Source: Terrimicrobiaceae bacterium
GTDB taxonomy: Bacteria > Verrucomicrobiota > Verrucomicrobiia > Chthoniobacterales > Terrimicrobiaceae
DNA length: 64,000 bases
Reading direction: 5' to 3'
NCBI GenBank assembly: GCA_041752695.1
Contig: JBGSVZ010000046.1
Location: forward strand, 1 to 64,000
Shown: positions 1 through 9,218 of the stretch, in pieces
How the letters are laid out: each line of letters opens with the position of its first letter
How positions within the stretch are numbered: the stretch's first letter is position 1
Notes under the pieces: generated by a model
Told to the model about the DNA's origin: nothing
The model's input: the letters and a program-made list of their open reading frames with translations, nothing else
Databases searched by the model: none
Position numbers and translations under genes: made by a program

Positions 1-74
1 AGGAACTTTTCACGCTTCGTTTGCTTCTTTTTCCCGCGGAACTCGTTCACCGCGAAGCTCAGTTGGCTTTCCAT
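1..74 (-). CDS. IS5-family transposase, N-terminal fragment (runs off window)
   Basis: Hand translation from ATG at 74: MESQLSFAVNEFRGKKKQTKREKF, resembling IS5-group transposase N-termini (Q.SF...E+..K+KQT++E.FL); GAGGGA upstream; not in ORF track. Confidence 0.8.
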   Translation of the reverse strand, partial: MESQLSFAVNEFRGKKKQTKREKF

Positions 75-137
75 TCCCTCTTTTGCCTTTTTCCCTCTCC
101 TTTGGCAATCCCGACTGCCGATTAAATCAGCGTTTCC
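1..137 (-). mobile_element. IS5-family insertion sequence end (terminal inverted repeat 121-137)
   Basis: Minus strand GGAAACGCTGATTTAAT precedes the transposase; abutting CTAA (138-141) fits the YTAR target typical of IS5. Confidence 0.75.
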
Positions 138-164
138 CTAATGCCTGCGCTTTTTCAAAAGTTT

Positions 165-542
165 TTACAAATGCTCCGCCGGGTGGGATTTCCCGCGGCC
201 TCCGTTTTCTGATCGGGAGACCGGCTGCATCACGAGGAGCACAAAGAGGAGAAGACCGGCACCAAGGCCCAGCAGGAGGGGCCAGGCACGCTTGCGGGAG
301 GCGACCTGCCAGAACCACCGCCAATGCAGAGCGAGGTGGAGGACGATGAGGGCGAGGAAGCCGTAGCCGATCCAGGTGTGCCAGTCGCCCCATTCGTGAC
401 GGTTGAGGCCGAGCGCGCTGAGGCCGGCCCCGCCCCGTGAGCCCGGCGGGAGGCGAAAGGCGAGAAGGAGTCCCGTGCCGCCCAGTGCACAGAGATTCAG
501 CCAGAGCAGGAGATTGAGGACCCGGTTCAGGGTGGTTTTCAT
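165..542 (-). CDS. DUF4405-type membrane protein (3 TM, conserved His)
   Basis: GL.RHEWGDWH.W.G...L...HL.LHW.W pattern; last gene of the sulfur cluster. Confidence 0.75.
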   Translation of the reverse strand: MKTTLNRVLNLLLWLNLCALGGTGLLLAFRLPPGSRGGAGLSALGLNRHEWGDWHTWIGYGFLALIVLHLALHWRWFWQVASRKRAWPLLLGLGAGLLLFVLLVMQPVSRSENGGRGKSHPAEHL

Positions 543-546
543 GGCC

Positions 547-2199
547 TTACAAGGATCGGTGGAGAAATGGGACCATCGTCCAGCCGCCGGAGAGATTGCG
601 CGCGGAGAATCCGTGCTGGGTCAGGATGCGCGTGCCGAGATACCCTCTCTGACCCACCGCGCAATAGACCCGCAGATCGGCCGTGGGCGGAAGTTCCGCC
701 ACGCGGGCCCGCAGCGAACCCACCGGAATATTCCGCGCGCCCCGCGCATGGCCGGTGGCAAACTCCTCCGGTTCGCGGACGTCGAGAAAAACGGTGTCCG
801 GTTTCTCCGGTTCGTTCCAATGGACCAACGGCATGTCGCCCCGCAGGACATCAGCTGCGATCATCCCGGCGAAATTCACGGCATCCTTGGCACCGCCGAA
901 CTGCGGCGCGTAACAAAGCTCCGCCTCCTCGAGATCGTAAATGGTTCCGCCCAGCTGAATGGTCATCGCCATCACGTCAATCCGTCGGTCCACCCCGTCG
1001 GTTCCGACTCCCTGCGCACCGAGCAGACGTCCGTCACTTTTTCGGAAAAGTACTTTCAAGTGCATCGGCTGAGCTCCGGGAAAATATCCGGCGTGCTGGT
1101 TGGGATGGAGGTAGATTTTTTCGTAGTCCTCCACCCCGGCACGGCGGAGGGATTTTTCGCTCGCGCCGGTGGCGGCCACCTGCAGGTCAAAGACGCCGCA
1201 GATGGCGGTGCCCTGAACGCCGCGGAACAATGTTGGTCGCCCGCAAATGGCATCGGCGGCAATCCGGCCCTGCCTCGCCGCGGGGCCGGCCAGGGGGACC
1301 AGCGCGGGCTGCCCGGTGGTCCAATCCCTGACTTCGACCGCGTCACCGACCGCCCAGATGTGATCGGCACTGGTGCGCATCTGGTCATCCACAACGATGC
1401 CGCCGCGTTCGCCGATTTTTAATCCGGCGGCCCTGGCCAGACCGGTCTCCGGGCGGACCCCGATTGCAAGGATCACGAGGTCGGCGGTATGCGTGCGACC
1501 GGACTGGGTGGTGACTTCCAGAGTGCCGTCGGCGTTCGCCGCAAATCCCGCCACCCCGTTCGAGAGGGCGAGGGTCACGCCCTTGTCACGAAGATGCTTT
1601 TCCACCATGGCCGCGATCTCGGGATCGAGCGGCGGCATGACCTGGTCGAGCATTTCCACGATGGTGACGTCGAGTCCGAGGTGGACAAGGTTTTCGGCCA
1701 TCTCGAGTCCGATGAACCCACCGCCGACCACGACGGCCTTGCGCGCCTGCCGGGCCTCGATCCAGCCCTTGATGGCCCGGCTGTCGGGAATGGTGCGAAG
1801 GGTAAAGACGCCCGGCAGATCAATGCCCGGCAGCGGAGGACGCACGGGCGACGCGCCGGGAGAAAGGACCAGGGCGTCGTAGGGTTCGGTGCGGGTGACG
1901 CCCGACTCCAGGTCGCGCACCTCGATGGTGCGGGCTTCGGAGTTGATCGAAACCGCTTCGGCGCGGGTGTGGACATTTATCCGGAAACGCTCGCGAAAAA
2001 GCGCGGCATCCGCGACCAGCAGACGGCGCTCGTCCTCGATCACTCCCCCGACAAAATACGGCAGGCCGCAGTTGGCGAAGGACACATAAGGTCCCCGGTC
2101 GAAGAGGTAAATTTCCGCGTGTTCGTCAAGTCGGCGCAGGCGGGCGGCACAGGCGGCTCCGCCGGCTACTCCGCCAATGATGAGGATGCGTTTTTTCAT
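547..2199 (-). CDS. CoA-disulfide/persulfide reductase with C-terminal rhodanese domain (CoADR-RHD / Npsr-like)
   Basis: GGVAGG FAD motif, SFANC redox Cys, GGGFIG NAD(P)H motif, YAP, C-terminal rhodanese LDVREP...YCAVGQRG. Confidence 0.92.
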   Translation of the reverse strand: MKKRILIIGGVAGGAACAARLRRLDEHAEIYLFDRGPYVSFANCGLPYFVGGVIEDERRLLVADAALFRERFRINVHTRAEAVSINSEARTIEVRDLESGVTRTEPYDALVLSPGASPVRPPLPGIDLPGVFTLRTIPDSRAIKGWIEARQARKAVVVGGGFIGLEMAENLVHLGLDVTIVEMLDQVMPPLDPEIAAMVEKHLRDKGVTLALSNGVAGFAANADGTLEVTTQSGRTHTADLVILAIGVRPETGLARAAGLKIGERGGIVVDDQMRTSADHIWAVGDAVEVRDWTTGQPALVPLAGPAARQGRIAADAICGRPTLFRGVQGTAICGVFDLQVAATGASEKSLRRAGVEDYEKIYLHPNQHAGYFPGAQPMHLKVLFRKSDGRLLGAQGVGTDGVDRRIDVMAMTIQLGGTIYDLEEAELCYAPQFGGAKDAVNFAGMIAADVLRGDMPLVHWNEPEKPDTVFLDVREPEEFATGHARGARNIPVGSLRARVAELPPTADLRVYCAVGQRGYLGTRILTQHGFSARNLSGGWTMVPFLHRSL

Positions 2200-2211
2200 G
2201 AAAGGAATTGG

Positions 2212-3012
2212 TTAGGAAAAGAACAGGGTCTTGATGGCAATAACGACGGCCAGCACGACTACGCTGACGCCAAAAATGCGGCGCAGGGTGGGGGCGGGCA
2301 GGTAGTGTTTGAGGCGGGATCCTCCGATCATTCCCGCGACCGCACCGGCGAGGAAGAGCAGCGTAAGGGCGACCGGGAGAGCCCGCGCCTCCAGAAAAAG
2401 ATTGGCGGCAAAGGCCGCACCGCTGATCAACGCGATGCCCACCAGGGACGTGGCCAGCGCGCGTTCAATCGAGACGCCCGTGACAAACATCAGCGCCGGC
2501 ACCACCAGAAAGCCTCCGCCCACCCCGAAGATGCCGGAAAGGACTCCCGTGACTGCGCCGGCGGCCACCAGCTTGCCGCCACAGGTCGGTGTGAACCGCG
2601 GCAGGCCGTGTTCGCCGCGCGCGCAGGTCGCCCAGGACAGCGGAATTTCGGCCGTGGGCGATCCTGCCTTCAGCATCCGCACGCCAATGACCAGCATCAA
2701 AAGGGAAAAGAGCAGCAGGGCGAGCGCGTCGGGCAGACCCTGGCCGATCTTCGCCCCCAGTGGGGCCCCGATGATGCCTCCCAGACCCAGCATGGCACCC
2801 GCGCCCCACAGAACCAGACCCGGCCGGCGGCTCTGGAGCACCGCGCCAAAAAGCGCCGTTGCTCCCACCACGACCAGCGACACCGTCACCGCATCGCGCA
2901 GGGGAAGGCCCAATCCATAGATCAACAACGGAACGGCAAAAATCGACCCTCCGCCTCCCGTGAGGCCCAAGGAGACCCCCACGAGAATGCCGAAGAAGAG
3001 AGCCGCACTCAC
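2212..3012 (-). CDS. TauE/SafE family sulfite exporter
   Basis: Two GLTGGGG / GIFGVGGGF repeats, multiple TM helices; GTG start at 3012 chosen to avoid overlap with upstream gene. Confidence 0.88.
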   Translation of the reverse strand: MSAALFFGILVGVSLGLTGGGGSIFAVPLLIYGLGLPLRDAVTVSLVVVGATALFGAVLQSRRPGLVLWGAGAMLGLGGIIGAPLGAKIGQGLPDALALLLFSLLMLVIGVRMLKAGSPTAEIPLSWATCARGEHGLPRFTPTCGGKLVAAGAVTGVLSGIFGVGGGFLVVPALMFVTGVSIERALATSLVGIALISGAAFAANLFLEARALPVALTLLFLAGAVAGMIGGSRLKHYLPAPTLRRIFGVSVVVLAVVIAIKTLFFS

Positions 3013-3016
3013 GGGA

Positions 3017-4441
3017 TCAGTGCGCGTGTCCCTGCGCCTCGGCGATGCGGTCGCATTCCGCGCAGAGGCCATCGACATGAAAGGCGTCGAAGCCTTCCGC
3101 CCGAAGAAAGGAGGTGGCCAGCGCGGCGCGTTTGCCGGATCCGCAATGGACCGGGAGGCGAGGCGTGTGCGGGACTTCCGCGAGACGGGGCTTCAGCCGG
3201 GTGTAAGCAATGTTGACCGCATTGGGCAGGTGTCCGGCCTCAAATTCGGCCGCCGTGCGCACGTCGAGGATCACACCGTTTTCCGGCTCATGGCTCCAAT
3301 CCGCGAAATCCACCCGCGGCACGACAGCCGTCGCCAGTTCCCGGACTTCGTCCACCGTCACAAATCCCGCCACGCGATCCAGCCCGATGCGATAAAGCTG
3401 GCAGGCCATCTCCGCGGCATCCGCGGCATTTTCTCCCACGAGGAGGATCTCCTCATCCGCGTCCACGTAGGACCCGGCGGCGGTGAGAAAAAATGTCCCC
3501 GGAAAGGGTGCATGGAGCGCGCCCGGCAAATGCCCGGCATCAAACACCCTGCGATCCGCCCGGGTGTCGAGCACCCGTCCGCGGCGGGGGGAGAGAAATT
3601 CCGACGCCTGCGCGGCGGCCCAAACGGCGGGCTGGACCGGACCGCCGGTGACGGCGACCCCGTCGCGATTGACCACCTTCATCCGGGCAAAATACGGCGG
3701 CGGTTCGGGCTGTCCGCTCAGGATATCTTTCACAAACTCCGCTGCGTCGGTCTGGGCAAGCCGAAGCGGGCGATTGAACCGGCGCTCGTAGTCAAGGACT
3801 GTCGTCGGCACCGCACCGAGGGCCTTGCCGCAGGCGCTGCCGGAGCCGTGTCCGGGCAGAATCTGGATAAACCCCGGAAGCGGTCCAAGTTTCCGCACCA
3901 GCGACTCGCGCAGCTGTCGGGCGGAGGGTTCGCGCACCCCGGCCACACCAGCGGCAGTCTCCAGCAAATCCGGGCGCCCGACGTCTCCGACAAAAAGAAA
4001 ATCCCCCGTGGCCAGCGCCATGGGCTCATCGGCCCCGCCACCGAGGTCGGTGATGAGGTAGCTCAAATGCTCCGGCGTGTGGCCCGGCGTATGCACCGCC
4101 TGCACGGCAATATTGCCGATGCGAAACACGTCTCCATCGCTCAGGAAGGTGACGCTTTTTCGATCGCCCGGCCACTGATACGACCAGTCTTTGCCGCCCT
4201 CCGCGGAGAGATAGAGCGTGATTTCCGGGTCCGCGGCAAACTCGCGCGCCCCGCTGACAAAATCCGCGTGAATGTGCGTCTCCGCCACCGCGGTGATGCG
4301 CAGCCCATGAGAGGCGGCGATGTTATGGTAACGGGCGATGTCCCGCTCGGGATCGATCACCAGCGCCTCGCCACTGCGCTGGCACCCGATCAGGTAGGCG
4401 TATTGCGCGAGCGCGGGATCTTCAATTTGACGCAGGAGCAT
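3017..4441 (-). CDS. Persulfide dioxygenase (MBL fold)-rhodanese fusion, CstB-like
   Basis: ETHIHADF, HTPGHTPEH, GDVGRPDL, PGHGSGSACGK, two rhodanese domains, the last with HCGSGKR; ATG at 4441. Confidence 0.9.
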   Translation of the reverse strand: MLLRQIEDPALAQYAYLIGCQRSGEALVIDPERDIARYHNIAASHGLRITAVAETHIHADFVSGAREFAADPEITLYLSAEGGKDWSYQWPGDRKSVTFLSDGDVFRIGNIAVQAVHTPGHTPEHLSYLITDLGGGADEPMALATGDFLFVGDVGRPDLLETAAGVAGVREPSARQLRESLVRKLGPLPGFIQILPGHGSGSACGKALGAVPTTVLDYERRFNRPLRLAQTDAAEFVKDILSGQPEPPPYFARMKVVNRDGVAVTGGPVQPAVWAAAQASEFLSPRRGRVLDTRADRRVFDAGHLPGALHAPFPGTFFLTAAGSYVDADEEILLVGENAADAAEMACQLYRIGLDRVAGFVTVDEVRELATAVVPRVDFADWSHEPENGVILDVRTAAEFEAGHLPNAVNIAYTRLKPRLAEVPHTPRLPVHCGSGKRAALATSFLRAEGFDAFHVDGLCAECDRIAEAQGHAH

Positions 4442-4988
4442 GACAGCAGGAGGTGGAGCCACTTGAGCGGCGGTTGTTCCAAGGCATCTTCGCCAGCACG
4501 AGGCCCATGCCGCACCAATCGGTGACACCGGCAAAGATCAGGCCGCAGCCGACAAAACCCGAAAGAAAGAAAAATGCGGGGTTCACCGCAAACCCCAGAA
4601 CCACCCCGGCCAGCACCATCGAACCCGCGCCGATGCGCACCTGACGTTCCAGGGACATCGTTTTGCGTCCGCGATTGACCTCGAGTCCGGCCGATTCCCA
4701 GGCGAGAACCCCGCCGTCCAGGATCGTCAGATTGGAAAGGCCGGCCGATTCCAACTTCGCCGCCGCCTGGCGAGCCCGGTTTCCACTGCGGCAAACCACC
4801 ACGCAGGAGGTTTTGCCATCCGCCAGCTTGCGCACGGCCGCGGGATCCAGTCCAGAAAGCGGATGCAGCACCGAACCGGGGATGTGAATCTCCTCGAACT
4901 CCGCCGGCATGCGCACGTCGAGCAAAAGGGATCCGGCCCGCGCCTTGTTCACTTCAGTGGGAGGTAAAACTTGTGTTTCTTTGGTCAT
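4422..4988 (-). CDS. Rhodanese + DUF2892 membrane sulfurtransferase (YgaP-like)
   Basis: LDVRMP.EF...HIPG, CRSGNRA active loop, C-terminal ERQVRIGAG...WCGM...L.KMPWN. Confidence 0.88.
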   Translation of the reverse strand: MTKETQVLPPTEVNKARAGSLLLDVRMPAEFEEIHIPGSVLHPLSGLDPAAVRKLADGKTSCVVVCRSGNRARQAAAKLESAGLSNLTILDGGVLAWESAGLEVNRGRKTMSLERQVRIGAGSMVLAGVVLGFAVNPAFFFLSGFVGCGLIFAGVTDWCGMGLVLAKMPWNNRRSSGSTSCCHAPASN

Positions 4989-4995
4989 AGATTAA

Positions 4996-5023
4996 ACTAT
5001 ATCGCGATTTGGTAATATGTCAA
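4996..5023 (-). promoter_or_regulatory. Sigma-70-type promoter for the sulfur cluster with overlapping candidate ArsR operator
   Basis: Minus strand TTGACA-16 nt-TATAGT, 7 nt before ATG 4988; imperfect palindrome ATATCGC-N6-GTAATAT (4999-5018). Confidence 0.6.
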
Positions 5024-5090
5024 TTGCGAAAAACTCCCCCTTTTTTGGCGCTTGAAAAACCGGCGTCCCGAGCTGATGAAAACTGACGAC

Positions 5091-5435
5091 ATGGCAAAAC
5101 AGCGCAAACCGGGAATGTCCGACGCCCAGATTACCGAGGCGGCGCGGCATTTCACCATCCTCTCCGAGCCCGCGCGCCTGAAGATCCTGCGTGCGTTGAT
5201 GGCCGGTCCGCAGACTGTTACGGAGTTGGTGGCGGTGACCGGCCTGAAACAAGGCAATGTCTCCAAACACCTTGGCGTGCTTTACGGCGCGCGATTCGTG
5301 AACCGCGAGAAGGAGGGGAATTTCGCGAGGTATTCCATCGCGGACGCCGACCTCTTCACGCTCTGTGAGCTGATGTGCACCCGCATTGATCGTGATGTGA
5401 AAAACCTCGCGGCGAGTCTCAAGGCACGACGTTAG
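5091..5435 (+). CDS. ArsR/SmtB family transcriptional repressor
   Basis: F.ILSEP.RL.IL, V.ELV...GL.Q.NVSKHL HTH; C-terminal CELMC; divergent from the sulfur cluster; start could be 5076. Confidence 0.88.
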   Translation: MAKQRKPGMSDAQITEAARHFTILSEPARLKILRALMAGPQTVTELVAVTGLKQGNVSKHLGVLYGARFVNREKEGNFARYSIADADLFTLCELMCTRIDRDVKNLAASLKARR

Positions 5436-5481
5436 GGAGCGCGAAGAGGGACGGGGGAATCGTTTCGGCTGCCATCCAAAA

Positions 5482-7884
5482 ATGGGGACCCCGCCCTTGC
5501 TTCCCCGCGAGGCCATGAGAGTATTCTGGGAAGTGGTGAGCGCTCCTCCCCCAGATCACACCTTGTTGTGCGCAAGTCGCCGAATCTTGGCGGTTGGCAC
5601 GGGGATTCTCTGCTTCCTCGCTCCGGCCCGGGCGATGCAGGTCACCGGGTATTCCAGCATCCTGAATGACCGATTCTCCGGAGGGTTCCCGGCAGCCCCG
5701 GTGTCGAATCCCGACATGACGTTTGTGGGAGCGGGTCGCAACTGGTCCGGAGTCGGCTGGGATCCGGCCAATGCCCAGAAAGGCTACGGGTTTATCAGCC
5801 CGAGTCATTATCTGGTCGCCCGGCATTTCGGCGGTTCCGCCAGCGTGACCACCTTTGATCAGAGCGGAACGCTCCGGTCGGGGACCCAGTCTGCGGTGGA
5901 AAACACCAATCTTGGTATTGTGTTTTTTGGGGAAACGGTTGGGGACCTCTCCCTTGGCACGCTGACCACTCCGTTGCCGAATTTGGCAAGGTATGGCGTG
6001 TTGGACCTGAATGCCACGTCCGCCACGAATGCGACCTCTGCCTACAGCGGCGTGCCGCTTTTCGTCTACGGACGTGGGGCCAACAATACGTCCAGCCCGC
6101 GCCTCGCGACCACCCCTGTTTCAGCCGTTACGGTTTCGGGTTCGAATCATTCTTTCACCACTCCGCGCACCGACCTCCAACTCGAGGTCGGCGACTCGGG
6201 GAGCCCGGTCTTTGCCAACTGGACCAATCCGAACGGCGAGGTGGAACCGGCCCTCATTGGCAACCATGCAGCGGTCAATGACACCAACAACTTCCACAAT
6301 TTTCTCGGCACTCATGAAGTGATCAACTCCCTCAACGCTTTCCTGGCGGATGACGGAAGGGCGCTGCGGGTGGTGGGGAACGCGGCCTACACGTGGGTGG
6401 GAAGTTCCTCCACCGCAATCGATCGAAACGTCGCCTGGGGGTTCGGCGGGAATCCGAACGCCACGGGAGCGACGACCGATCTCTACGTGCGTTTCGATCC
6501 GGCCACGGCGGCGAATCGCGCCGTGTCGGTCAATGCCAACCACACCCTGCGCGGCCTGTTTTTTAAAAGTTCCGCCTCGGGAACAGACTCGTTTACCTTC
6601 TCCGGCGCGGCCACCCTGACGATCGGGCGCGGCGGGCTGACCAGCTACGACAATAACATCCAGACATTTTCCGCCAATCTCAAGCTGGGCGACCACCAGT
6701 TCTGGGATGCCGGGTCGTTCGGGCTGGCGGTGGCCAACCTCGAAACCAACGGTCGGTTGTTGGAGATCCGCGCTGGCGGTGGCAGTACGATCAGCGGAAC
6801 GATCTCGGGAACCGGCAGTCTGGCCCTGGAGTCCGGCTTCCTGACCCTTTCCGGGAGTTCGACCTACACCGGCCCGACCTGGATCCACGAGGGTAGTCTG
6901 CGCGTGATAGGAACCCTCGCCAGTTCTGCGAGCGTGCGCTTGGCCAGCCTGGCCACCTTGGCGGGGTCCGGTCAGGTGCCGCAGATTTTGGGTTCGGGCA
7001 CGGTCGCGCCCGGCAGCGCTCAGGCGATTCTCACCGCGCCCTCTGTCAACCCGTCGTCCGGGTTGGATTTTGCGTTTGAGTTCACTTCGGCCACGGCCCC
7101 GACCTTTGGCAGTGCCACCGCCAGCGTCAACGACCTCCTCCATTTGACAGGAACCGTCCCGTTCACGAGCAATCTGACCGCGACCAACCAGGTGGCGATT
7201 TTTCTCGATGTCCCAGAGTTGAAGGCCGGAGAACACTTTCGCGGCGGATTTTTTCTCGACGCGTCCGCCGATTTTTTGCCGAGCGTGGAGGGAGCGACGT
7301 TCCTGGTGCACCTTCGCGACGCTGCCGGGCCGGTCGCCTTCGGGGGACAACAATACCGCGTCTATGCAGGACCGCTGGAAATCTCGCTCACGACGGAGGC
7401 GCAAACGGCCAACTTCGGAGTCGGCGACGTGGGTGGGCGCATTCTTCAACTCGGAGTCCGGCTCCCTTCCACATCCTACGACGCGTGGGCGGCCACGGCG
7501 TTTCCCGCGGAGACGCCGGAAGCCGACCGTCTGGCCGACGCCGACCCCAACGCGGATGGCGTGGTGAATCTGCTCGCCTACGCGTATCGCCTCGATCCGA
7601 TCCTGACTCCCCCACACGAGCTGCCGCAGAGCTTCTTCGTCCCGGCACCCGGGGGAGCGGGCGGTGAGCTGGTTTATCAATTCCGCCGCAACAAACTGGC
7701 CGCCGACCTGACGTATGTTGTCCAAGTCTCGGATAGTCTGGGATCATGGACGGATTTTACGGGGAGCACGTTGGTGATCAACGCCGACCCGGATGGCGAC
7801 GGCGGGGCGGAAGTGGTGGAGATTCGTATCCCGGTGACGGACAATGAGACGAAGAAATTTGTCCGTTTACAAGTTGTCCGTTGA
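5482..7884 (+). CDS. Secreted trypsin-like serine protease with autotransporter-associated beta repeats and C-terminal extracellular domain
   Basis: Signal-peptide-like ...CFLAPARA; YLVARHF / DLSLG / GDSGSP triad; LTLSGSSTYTGPTWIHEGSL repeat; DADPNADG..NL.AY and FVRLQV end; true start probably downstream of 5482. Confidence 0.7.
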   Translation: MGTPPLLPREAMRVFWEVVSAPPPDHTLLCASRRILAVGTGILCFLAPARAMQVTGYSSILNDRFSGGFPAAPVSNPDMTFVGAGRNWSGVGWDPANAQKGYGFISPSHYLVARHFGGSASVTTFDQSGTLRSGTQSAVENTNLGIVFFGETVGDLSLGTLTTPLPNLARYGVLDLNATSATNATSAYSGVPLFVYGRGANNTSSPRLATTPVSAVTVSGSNHSFTTPRTDLQLEVGDSGSPVFANWTNPNGEVEPALIGNHAAVNDTNNFHNFLGTHEVINSLNAFLADDGRALRVVGNAAYTWVGSSSTAIDRNVAWGFGGNPNATGATTDLYVRFDPATAANRAVSVNANHTLRGLFFKSSASGTDSFTFSGAATLTIGRGGLTSYDNNIQTFSANLKLGDHQFWDAGSFGLAVANLETNGRLLEIRAGGGSTISGTISGTGSLALESGFLTLSGSSTYTGPTWIHEGSLRVIGTLASSASVRLASLATLAGSGQVPQILGSGTVAPGSAQAILTAPSVNPSSGLDFAFEFTSATAPTFGSATASVNDLLHLTGTVPFTSNLTATNQVAIFLDVPELKAGEHFRGGFFLDASADFLPSVEGATFLVHLRDAAGPVAFGGQQYRVYAGPLEISLTTEAQTANFGVGDVGGRILQLGVRLPSTSYDAWAATAFPAETPEADRLADADPNADGVVNLLAYAYRLDPILTPPHELPQSFFVPAPGGAGGELVYQFRRNKLAADLTYVVQVSDSLGSWTDFTGSTLVINADPDGDGGAEVVEIRIPVTDNETKKFVRLQVVR

Positions 7885-7975
7885 GTCCCTCCAGTCATTT
7901 ATTTTCCCGGGCAAGATTCCTGCCTTAATCCGCGAAAACTTGAGCTTTGGCCCCGGGAGCGTACATTCCCGACCC

Positions 7976-9148
7976 ATGCCGCGTCCGAAACAAAAGAGGT
8001 CTCCAGCAAGGTCTGCCCGATTCTCCAAATGCCGGCTGCTCCTGGTCATTGATAACGAGCCGATTCGTCAACAGGCATTGAACGACTATCGGTCGGCGGA
8101 GCAGACCCTGCTGCGCCTCCGTGGGGAGATCGAGGTTTTTGAGAGCAAGGACCTTCCCGCTTATCACCGCTGGGAGGCGTCGGTTTTTGGTGTGCTGCTC
8201 ACGGAGATTCGGGAGATCGAGTCCGCGCTCGCCGAAAAACAGCGGGTATTGGAAGAGGTTGAGGAAGAGGCGTTTTGGATGAATTGCAGCATGGTGGCGG
8301 CCTATCGGAAAGTGATGCGGCGGCTTTCCCAGACGGAGACGCCGGCTTGCGACAGCGAGGAGGACGACGACCCGTTTACGGGCGACGAAGCCGCGGGAGA
8401 CGAGGAGCGGATGTTTGGCAAGAGTGACCTGCCGCCGGGATTTGATTTTGCCGAATACGATGCCCTGTCGAAAGCCGAGAAGAAAAAATTCCACGCCTCG
8501 TATGCCAGCATGGCGGCGGTGTTTGAATCCGTGACCGGCAATCCAGCCCCGAATCTGGAGGAGGTCCTGCGGAGGGAGCGTGGGAATTCCGGAGCCAGTG
8601 AGCAGCCCAGACCGCGCCTTCCCCAGGCTCCCCCACCCGAACAAACCTCGGAAGAGCAACGCCTCAAAACCCTCTACCGCCGACTGGCCCGCGAGTTGCA
8701 TCCGGATGCCAACCCCGACCACGGCTGGCGCGAACGCGAACTCTGGCACGAGGTGCAGGCCGCTTACGTGGCCCGCGACCTGGAACGTCTGGAGGCCGCG
8801 GCCGGCCGTGTGGAGATCGGTATGCAAGGGGCCTCGCACAACCTTCCCCTTTCGCGCCTTGCCCGCATGACCCGGGACCTCCGGTCGGCCCTGCGCGGCT
8901 TAAAGACCCAGATCCGTCAGGCCCGCAGCCATTCGGCCTGGAATTTTTCCGCACGCCCTGAAGAGCGGAGCGAACGGGAAAAGGAGCACCGTCGGAGATT
9001 ATTGCGCCTGAAAGCGGCGGCGGCGGCGGAACACGCCCGGTTTTCGGAGATCCTCGACGCCCTGGCTGCGAAGGCGGCGGGATCCCGGAGAGGACGGAAG
9101 AAGGCTCGCGGGTTCGAAGACGATCCCCGGCAGCAGGCGTTTTTCTAG
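7976..9148 (+). CDS. J-domain (DnaJ-like, class C) protein with coiled coils
   Basis: LKTLYRRLARELHPDANP...E.Q.AY motif (HPD) in the C-terminal half; acidic linker. Confidence 0.8.
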   Translation: MPRPKQKRSPARSARFSKCRLLLVIDNEPIRQQALNDYRSAEQTLLRLRGEIEVFESKDLPAYHRWEASVFGVLLTEIREIESALAEKQRVLEEVEEEAFWMNCSMVAAYRKVMRRLSQTETPACDSEEDDDPFTGDEAAGDEERMFGKSDLPPGFDFAEYDALSKAEKKKFHASYASMAAVFESVTGNPAPNLEEVLRRERGNSGASEQPRPRLPQAPPPEQTSEEQRLKTLYRRLARELHPDANPDHGWRERELWHEVQAAYVARDLERLEAAAGRVEIGMQGASHNLPLSRLARMTRDLRSALRGLKTQIRQARSHSAWNFSARPEERSEREKEHRRRLLRLKAAAAAEHARFSEILDALAAKAAGSRRGRKKARGFEDDPRQQAFF

Positions 9149-9218
9149 AGCGTGCGGGAGGGTGGCGCAGCCAGCAACCGCCTCCCCCGATGTTCCCCAA
9201 AAAATCCGAACACCCCGG

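Noticed and set aside
9155..9190. GC-rich imperfect hairpin between convergent genes
   Set aside because: May be a terminator but lacks a U-tract and pairing is weak; not supportable.
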